Assembly: GCA_002441095.1 (NCBI GenBank)
Contig: DJVG01000038.1
Span: forward strand, 5,222-69,221
DNA from: Elusimicrobia bacterium UBA6262
GTDB taxonomy: Bacteria > CAYTYR01 > UBA6262
Direction: 5' to 3'
DNA length: 64,000 nucleotides
Below the pieces are notes generated by a model that was given only the letters and a program-made list of their open reading frames with translations, did no database searches and was not told the origin of the DNA. Shown piece by piece: positions 58,822-64,000 of this stretch. Every line of letters begins with the position of its first letter. The stretch's first letter is position 1. A program made the translations under genes and the position numbers.

Positions 58822-60210
58822 ATGCCAGACAAAGAGTTTTACCGTAACGCCAACGTACGTAAACGGATAGCCGAATATTGCGGAGGTGAAGCTCATGACC
58901 CCGACGGCTTTTCCGCCCAGTATCTGGTAGGATACGGGACGGCGCTGCAGGAAGAGGATATCCATGCGCGCAACTTTATTTCCACTTCCAAGGATAAGTT
59001 TGACTGGATCCTGGAAAAAGGATTGGATATCTTCCGTTCGGTAAGCGACATGAACTATACGGTAGGCGTCCTGGATATTGAATATTTTAATATGGATTTT
59101 CCCGGCAAAGTGTATTTACAGCCGGAAGAAGTTTTCACCAAGATGGAAGTGGTGTATAAAGCTATCCTGAAAGTCTTCCAGCGGTTGGATATTTATCCTC
59201 TTGTCATTATGACCGGCCAGGGATATCATTTTGCCTTTCAGGTAAAAAGAGATTCTAAAGCCAATAAGACTTTGGAAAAAATAGGCAAATTAAGCGATAA
59301 TCTGGCCTCAACCCGTGACTTGTCCATGGCCAACCTGGAAGCTTTGCGTTTTAACCTGGCGCATGACGGCATGGGCCGTATTTTAGAATATATTTCGCAT
59401 TTAGTGATCAAGGAAGTGCGGCTGCATACAAAAATACCGGTGGTTTGTACGGATACAGCCGTAGGCAAAGGCGGGGAAGGTCGTGAAGCGATCAATCTCG
59501 ACTTGTCCATGTATGGCGATCCGATGAATATCCGCGATGTGCGCTGTGCTTTTAGCCTTTACCAGAAGCATAAAGTCCAGCAGCAAAAATATACCAAGTT
59601 AGTGGCTGAATCAACGCCGATACAGATCACTTTGCCCAGGATCGACCTGAGCTTGAAAGATTTGCTGGAATTGCGTCAGGATTTTAATAAATCTGCTATC
59701 TATGCCGCGCAGGTAGAGACCACTATACCGGATGTGACCCAGAAGTTAAACAAGCTGATCAATAGTTACAAGCATTCCCAGCTGTATAAGTTTCACCGGT
59801 ATTATGACCGGGAATATTCGCATCCACCGGAAGAATGGTCGCGCAGTTATGATTATTTTAATATTGATATCCTGCCGGTTTGCGCGGCGCACGCTTTGCG
59901 CTATCCGAATAATAATTTATTGAAACCAACCAATATCCAGCTGATCGTCCGTGTCTTGACTAAAATGAACTGGCATCCCAAACATATCGCCGGCCTGATC
60001 CGCTCAAAATATGAACGGGATTTCCGCTGGGGTAATTTCTGGTCTAAATATGATGCTTGTACCCGGGCGCAGTTTTATGTGCGCCTGTTTGCCGGATTGG
60101 TCGCTGACCGTCTTGATGATGAACAGGATCTTAATTGTATCTCTCACCAGGAAAAGGGCTATTGTGTCAAACCCTGGTGTGGTTTTAATGTATCCAACTA
60201 CAAAATATAA
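58822..60210 (+). CDS. Hypothetical protein with archaeo-eukaryotic primase (PriS-like) motifs and a 4-Cys PriL-CTD-like domain
   Basis: VLDIE (D85/E87), MTGQGYHF (H136), LDLSMYGD..IRDVRCAFSLYQK (D227), and LPVC354...C439-x8-C448-x4-C453. Confidence 0.6.
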   Translation: MPDKEFYRNANVRKRIAEYCGGEAHDPDGFSAQYLVGYGTALQEEDIHARNFISTSKDKFDWILEKGLDIFRSVSDMNYTVGVLDIEYFNMDFPGKVYLQPEEVFTKMEVVYKAILKVFQRLDIYPLVIMTGQGYHFAFQVKRDSKANKTLEKIGKLSDNLASTRDLSMANLEALRFNLAHDGMGRILEYISHLVIKEVRLHTKIPVVCTDTAVGKGGEGREAINLDLSMYGDPMNIRDVRCAFSLYQKHKVQQQKYTKLVAESTPIQITLPRIDLSLKDLLELRQDFNKSAIYAAQVETTIPDVTQKLNKLINSYKHSQLYKFHRYYDREYSHPPEEWSRSYDYFNIDILPVCAAHALRYPNNNLLKPTNIQLIVRVLTKMNWHPKHIAGLIRSKYERDFRWGNFWSKYDACTRAQFYVRLFAGLVADRLDDEQDLNCISHQEKGYCVKPWCGFNVSNYKI

Positions 60211-60344
60211 GGCGCTATAAAGTTGCAGAAGATATGCTTCGAAGTACAGCAAGCTGTAAAGGTGTAAAGTAAGAGAAACCCAAACTCATTGTCTTTTTTA
60301 CTTTACAGCTGTACAGCTCTACAGCTGTATTTGAGGGGGTTAAA

Positions 60345-61262
60345 TTGCAGTTAGGTCTTTCCACGGGATTTTTTCATGACCATGATGTAATTCCGTATTT
60401 GCCAGTGATCAAGGATGCGGGCTTTGAAGTGATCGAGATTTGCCTGGATACCATTGAATGGGGCACACCCAGCCCTATTGCTGTCAATAATACGAATTTT
60501 CTTTTAAAAGAAGGATTGGAGATCTGGCAGCAAAAGATCCATTCTTATAACCTGCGCAATAAACTGAAAGAGTTTGGTATTTTTGTGCATTCCCTGCATT
60601 TGCCGGTCTGGCCGGGGATGGATATTTCCAGCCTGGATGAAAGGACGCGGGTGCATGCGGTCTGGGAATACAAAAAAGGGATTGATGTCCTGAATTATTT
60701 ATCCGGTGAGATCGCTATTGTCCATCCCAGCATGCAGGCTTTTGACCTGAATAACCAGGATGAAAAGTACCGCCGGTTGAACAAATGCAAGGAAAGCCTG
60801 TTCGAATTAATTAATTATTGCAAAACCAAACATGTCCGGCTGGCCGTGGAAAACCTGCTGCCGCATTTGCTGGGCGGCCAGGCTCATGACTTGAACCAGA
60901 TCATCGATGATCTCTATACGGAAAACCTGGGCATTTGTTTTGATACCTCACACGCGAATCTGACGCAGGATCCGCTGGGGATGTTAAAAAGCTTTAATAA
61001 GAAAGTCATCAGCCTGCATTTATCTGACAATCACGGGCAATTTGATGATCACCTGCCGCCAGGTGATGGCCGGGTACCTTGGGCCGGCATCATGACCGGA
61101 TTAAAGGAGATTGGTTACCGGGATATTTTTATGCTGGAAGTATTTACGGATAAGCATCCGGGAGAGGTCGGGCAGGTCCTGTCTGACCTTCATACCCAGG
61201 CCACCCAGGTTTTGGAATGCGGCGCCAATAACGGCATCGAAAATATTGTCTACCGCTTATAG
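60345..61262 (+). CDS. Metal-dependent TIM-barrel protein (AP endonuclease 2 / sugar phosphate isomerase-epimerase family)
   Basis: SLHLP, IVHP, AVENL, CFDTSHA, LHLSD, DDHLPPGDG, MLEV. Confidence 0.85.
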   Translation: MQLGLSTGFFHDHDVIPYLPVIKDAGFEVIEICLDTIEWGTPSPIAVNNTNFLLKEGLEIWQQKIHSYNLRNKLKEFGIFVHSLHLPVWPGMDISSLDERTRVHAVWEYKKGIDVLNYLSGEIAIVHPSMQAFDLNNQDEKYRRLNKCKESLFELINYCKTKHVRLAVENLLPHLLGGQAHDLNQIIDDLYTENLGICFDTSHANLTQDPLGMLKSFNKKVISLHLSDNHGQFDDHLPPGDGRVPWAGIMTGLKEIGYRDIFMLEVFTDKHPGEVGQVLSDLHTQATQVLECGANNGIENIVYRL

Positions 61263-61264
61263 AA

Positions 61265-61397
61265 ACAATTTCTAAATGCTAATATCTAAATCCTAAATAA
61301 GCACTAATTACCAAAATTTAAATAGTAAGATGTTTAGAACATTAGAATTTAGAGTTTTGAAATTGTTTAGAGTTTAGAATTTAGTGCTTAGAATTTA
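61265..61397. repeat. Degenerate micro-repeat palindrome (CTAAAT/TTTAG family)
   Basis: tctaaat/cctaaat units then tttaga/ttagaat units. Confidence 0.75.
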
Positions 61398-61410
61398 TCT
61401 TGAGGGTTTT

Positions 61411-62676
61411 ATGAAGTATAATAGGGTCAGGGGCACCAAAGATATCTGTCCGCCGGAGAGCGAGCTCTGGCAGTACCTGGAAAAAACTGCATTCGAGTTA
61501 CTGCAAGACTATGGTTTCAGTGAAATACGCACGCCTGTTTTTGAAGAATCAGGTTTGTTTAACCGCAGTATCGGGGAAGATACTGATATTGTTGAAAAAG
61601 AAATGTACACTTTTACTGATAAAAAAGGCCGCAGCCTGACATTGCGCCCGGAGGGTACCGCCGGGGTGGTCAGGGCGGCGATAGAAAATAATCTCCTGGC
61701 CCAAGGTAATCTCACTAAGCTATATTACCTGGGGCCGATGTTCCGCTATGAGCGGCCGCAGGCCGGGAGGTACCGACAATTTTACCAGATCGGGGCTGAA
61801 AGTATCGGCTCCAGCAGCTACTGGCGGGATGTAGAAATAATTTTATGGTGCGTGGAGTTTTTCTCGCGTATCGGCCTGTCTGGCCTTAAGGTTTATATCA
61901 ACAGCGTAGGCTGTCCCGAATGCCGTCCGGCATACCGGGAAATCCTGCAAAAATTCCTGCAGGAAAATTCCACCCAGTTATGTGCCGATTGCCAGCGGCG
62001 GATGGTGCGGAATCCCTTGCGGGTGCTGGATTGCAAGGTGGAAACCTGCCGCCAGGTAGTCAACCGGATGCCGGCCATACAGAATCACCTGTGCCAATCC
62101 TGCCGGGATAATTTCCAGGATATCCAGCAGGCTTTGCAACAGGAAAATATTTCCTTTACCGTTGATAAATTTCTCGTCCGGGGACTTGATTATTACACCC
62201 AGGCGGTGTTTGAAATAAAATCAGAGAACCTGGGAGCCCAGGACGCAGTGGCCGCAGGCGGCCGCTATGATAAGCTGGTCAAAGAACTGGGTGGCCCGGA
62301 TCTGCCGGCTGTGGGCTTTGCTCTCGGTATAGAGAGAGTAATAGAAGTGCTCAAAAAACAAAGAACCGGCACTCTGATGGAAACATGGGTGGATATTTAT
62401 TTTGCCCTGCTGGGGAAACAAGCCCAACAGGAAGCTTTTAATATTATTCGCGACCTGCGGCAGGGCGGACTGAAGGTGGAAGCCGGCCTGGAAGATAAAA
62501 GCCTGAAGAGCCAAATGCGCCAGGCAGATCAGGATAAAGCCAAGCTTACCGTCATTATCGGCGAAGAAGAAATAATGAAAGGTATTGCCTTGGTCCGGGA
62601 TATGCAGACCAAAGAACAGAAAGAAATAAAGTTGAATGACCTCTCCTGTTATCTAAAAGAACTTAAAATAAAATAA
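61411..62676 (+). CDS. hisS: Histidyl-tRNA synthetase
   Basis: VRGTKD, LRPEGTAG, FRYERPQAGRYRQFYQIG, LVRGLDYY, GGRYD. Confidence 0.99.
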   Translation: MKYNRVRGTKDICPPESELWQYLEKTAFELLQDYGFSEIRTPVFEESGLFNRSIGEDTDIVEKEMYTFTDKKGRSLTLRPEGTAGVVRAAIENNLLAQGNLTKLYYLGPMFRYERPQAGRYRQFYQIGAESIGSSSYWRDVEIILWCVEFFSRIGLSGLKVYINSVGCPECRPAYREILQKFLQENSTQLCADCQRRMVRNPLRVLDCKVETCRQVVNRMPAIQNHLCQSCRDNFQDIQQALQQENISFTVDKFLVRGLDYYTQAVFEIKSENLGAQDAVAAGGRYDKLVKELGGPDLPAVGFALGIERVIEVLKKQRTGTLMETWVDIYFALLGKQAQQEAFNIIRDLRQGGLKVEAGLEDKSLKSQMRQADQDKAKLTVIIGEEEIMKGIALVRDMQTKEQKEIKLNDLSCYLKELKIK

Positions 62677-62756
62677 GAAAATATCAATATTTGTCTGTAA
62701 TCTGTGTAATCATCTTTTAAAATCTGTGTAATCGTATTTGAGAAGGGATAAAATCA

Positions 62757-64000
62757 GTGAAAAGAACGCATACCTGTGGGGTTTTAAAGAAAAATGACGC
62801 TGGCCTGGCCGTGACCCTGGTCGGCTGGGTCCATAGCCGCCGTGATCATGGCGGATTGATCTTTATTGATGTGCGTGACCGCGCCGGCATAACCCAGGTG
62901 GTTTTTAATCCCCAGGGAGCAGGAGCAGACTTATTCAAGGAAGCGGAGAAACTACGCAGTGAATTTGTGGTGACCGTGACTGGCCAGGTAACACTGCGTC
63001 CGGCGGGTACAGAAAATCCCAAGTTGCCTACCGGTGAAATAGAAGTATCAGCCGCCCAACTCGAAGTTTTAAATCCCAGTAAAACCCTGCCTTTTGAAGT
63101 TGCTGAGGAAACTGAAGTGAATGAAGAGACCCGTCTCAAATACCGTTATCTTGACCTGCGCCGGCCCAGAATGAAAAACAACCTGATCTTCCGCTATAAA
63201 ACTGTAAAAGTGATACGGGATTACCTGGATAACCAGGGTTTTGTTGAAGTAGAGACTCCGATCCTGACTAAATCAACTCCGGAAGGCGCACGGGATTACC
63301 TGGTGCCGTCACGGGTTCATCCGCAAATGTTCTTTGCCCTGCCTCAGTCACCGCAATTATTCAAACAAATGCTGATGGTGGCCGGGATGGAAAAATACTT
63401 CCAGATCGCCAAGTGCTTCCGGGATGAAGACCTGCGCGCTGACCGCCAGCCGGAGCATACCCAAATTGATATGGAAATGTCTTTTGTCACCCAGGAAGAT
63501 ATTTTTGCCCATGTGGAAGGATTGATGTCCACAGTATTCCAGAAAATGATGAGCGTAGAGTTGAAAACTCCTTTTCCGCGCCTGACCTATGCTGAGGCAA
63601 AAAGCAGATACGGCAGTGATAAGCCAGACCTGCGGTTTGGCTTGGAGATCAGGGATATTACTGATATAGTGAAGGATACTGAATTTAAGGTGTTTGCCGA
63701 AGTAGCAAAAAATAAGGGTGTGATCCGGGCGATCTGCGCTCCCGGTATTGCCGGCTATTCCCGAAAAGAAATAGAGGACCTGACCAAACTGGCTAATGAA
63801 TTCGGCGCCAAGGGCCTGGCCTGGTTTAAGATCACGGCGCAGGGGATGGATTCTCCAATCGCTAAATTCTTCAAGCCGGAAGTACTAGCCAAATTGAAAG
63901 AAACCATGCAAGCCAAAGAAAATGACATGATTTTGATTGTAGCTGATATACCCAAGATCGTGATCGAGAGCCTGGGCCGGCTGCGTTTGCACCTGGGAGA
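62757..64000 (+). CDS. aspS: Aspartyl-tRNA synthetase, 3' truncated by window edge
   Basis: GTG 62757: MKRTHTCG...GWVHSRRDHGGLIFID, TPEGARDYLVPSR, LPQSPQLFKQ, CFRDEDLRADRQPE. Confidence 0.97.
   Translation, partial: MKRTHTCGVLKKNDAGLAVTLVGWVHSRRDHGGLIFIDVRDRAGITQVVFNPQGAGADLFKEAEKLRSEFVVTVTGQVTLRPAGTENPKLPTGEIEVSAAQLEVLNPSKTLPFEVAEETEVNEETRLKYRYLDLRRPRMKNNLIFRYKTVKVIRDYLDNQGFVEVETPILTKSTPEGARDYLVPSRVHPQMFFALPQSPQLFKQMLMVAGMEKYFQIAKCFRDEDLRADRQPEHTQIDMEMSFVTQEDIFAHVEGLMSTVFQKMMSVELKTPFPRLTYAEAKSRYGSDKPDLRFGLEIRDITDIVKDTEFKVFAEVAKNKGVIRAICAPGIAGYSRKEIEDLTKLANEFGAKGLAWFKITAQGMDSPIAKFFKPEVLAKLKETMQAKENDMILIVADIPKIVIESLGRLRLHLG

Noticed and set aside
58568-61397. Prophage or integrative element around the primase-like gene
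   Set aside because: No integrase, helicase, att-like direct repeats or tRNA; the flanks are core LPS and hisS genes.

Overview
This is a 64 kb chromosomal segment from a diderm (LPS-containing) bacterium. The LpxC-FabZ fusion, PorV/PorQ-like barrel and FlgD/T9SS-type C-terminal domains suggest a PVC/Elusimicrobiota/FCB-adjacent lineage (inference only). Every credible gene (about 48) lies on the + strand. (1) 1-21.6 kb is an accessory carbohydrate locus. It contains two sugar ABC permeases, a PorV/PorQ-like outer-membrane barrel and three clan GH-A (GH2-like) TIM-barrel glycosidases. It also has a GH81 endo-beta-1,3-glucanase, a large OM-barrel/Ig/OmpA fusion protein and six secreted proteins sharing one CBM-like domain (four tandem stand-alone paralogues, one lipoprotein, one apparently circularly permuted copy). 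A DUF5683-like protein, cspA and an SBBP-repeat protein complete the region. It looks like a beta-1,3-glucan utilisation system without SusC/SusD. (2) 22-58.6 kb is a housekeeping envelope-biogenesis region: secA, lnt, frameshifted prfB, ECF sigma/anti-sigma, lysS, lolE/lolD, ilvE, clpC, tamB-like, bamA, skp, lpxD, lpxC-fabZ, lpxA, lpxI, gnnA-like, lpxB, msbA, DUF374 acyltransferase, waaA, two GT9 and one GT4. (3) 58.8-64 kb holds an unannotated protein with archaeo-eukaryotic primase (PriS) motifs fused to a 4-Cys PriL-like C-terminal domain, a metal-dependent TIM-barrel protein, hisS and partial aspS. Many intergenic spacers are filled with degenerate micro-repeat palindromes and REP-like hairpins, and one 133-nt rod-like RNA structure is predicted. 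No rRNA, tRNA, CRISPR array or transposase was found. All family assignments are by motif recognition, without database searches.
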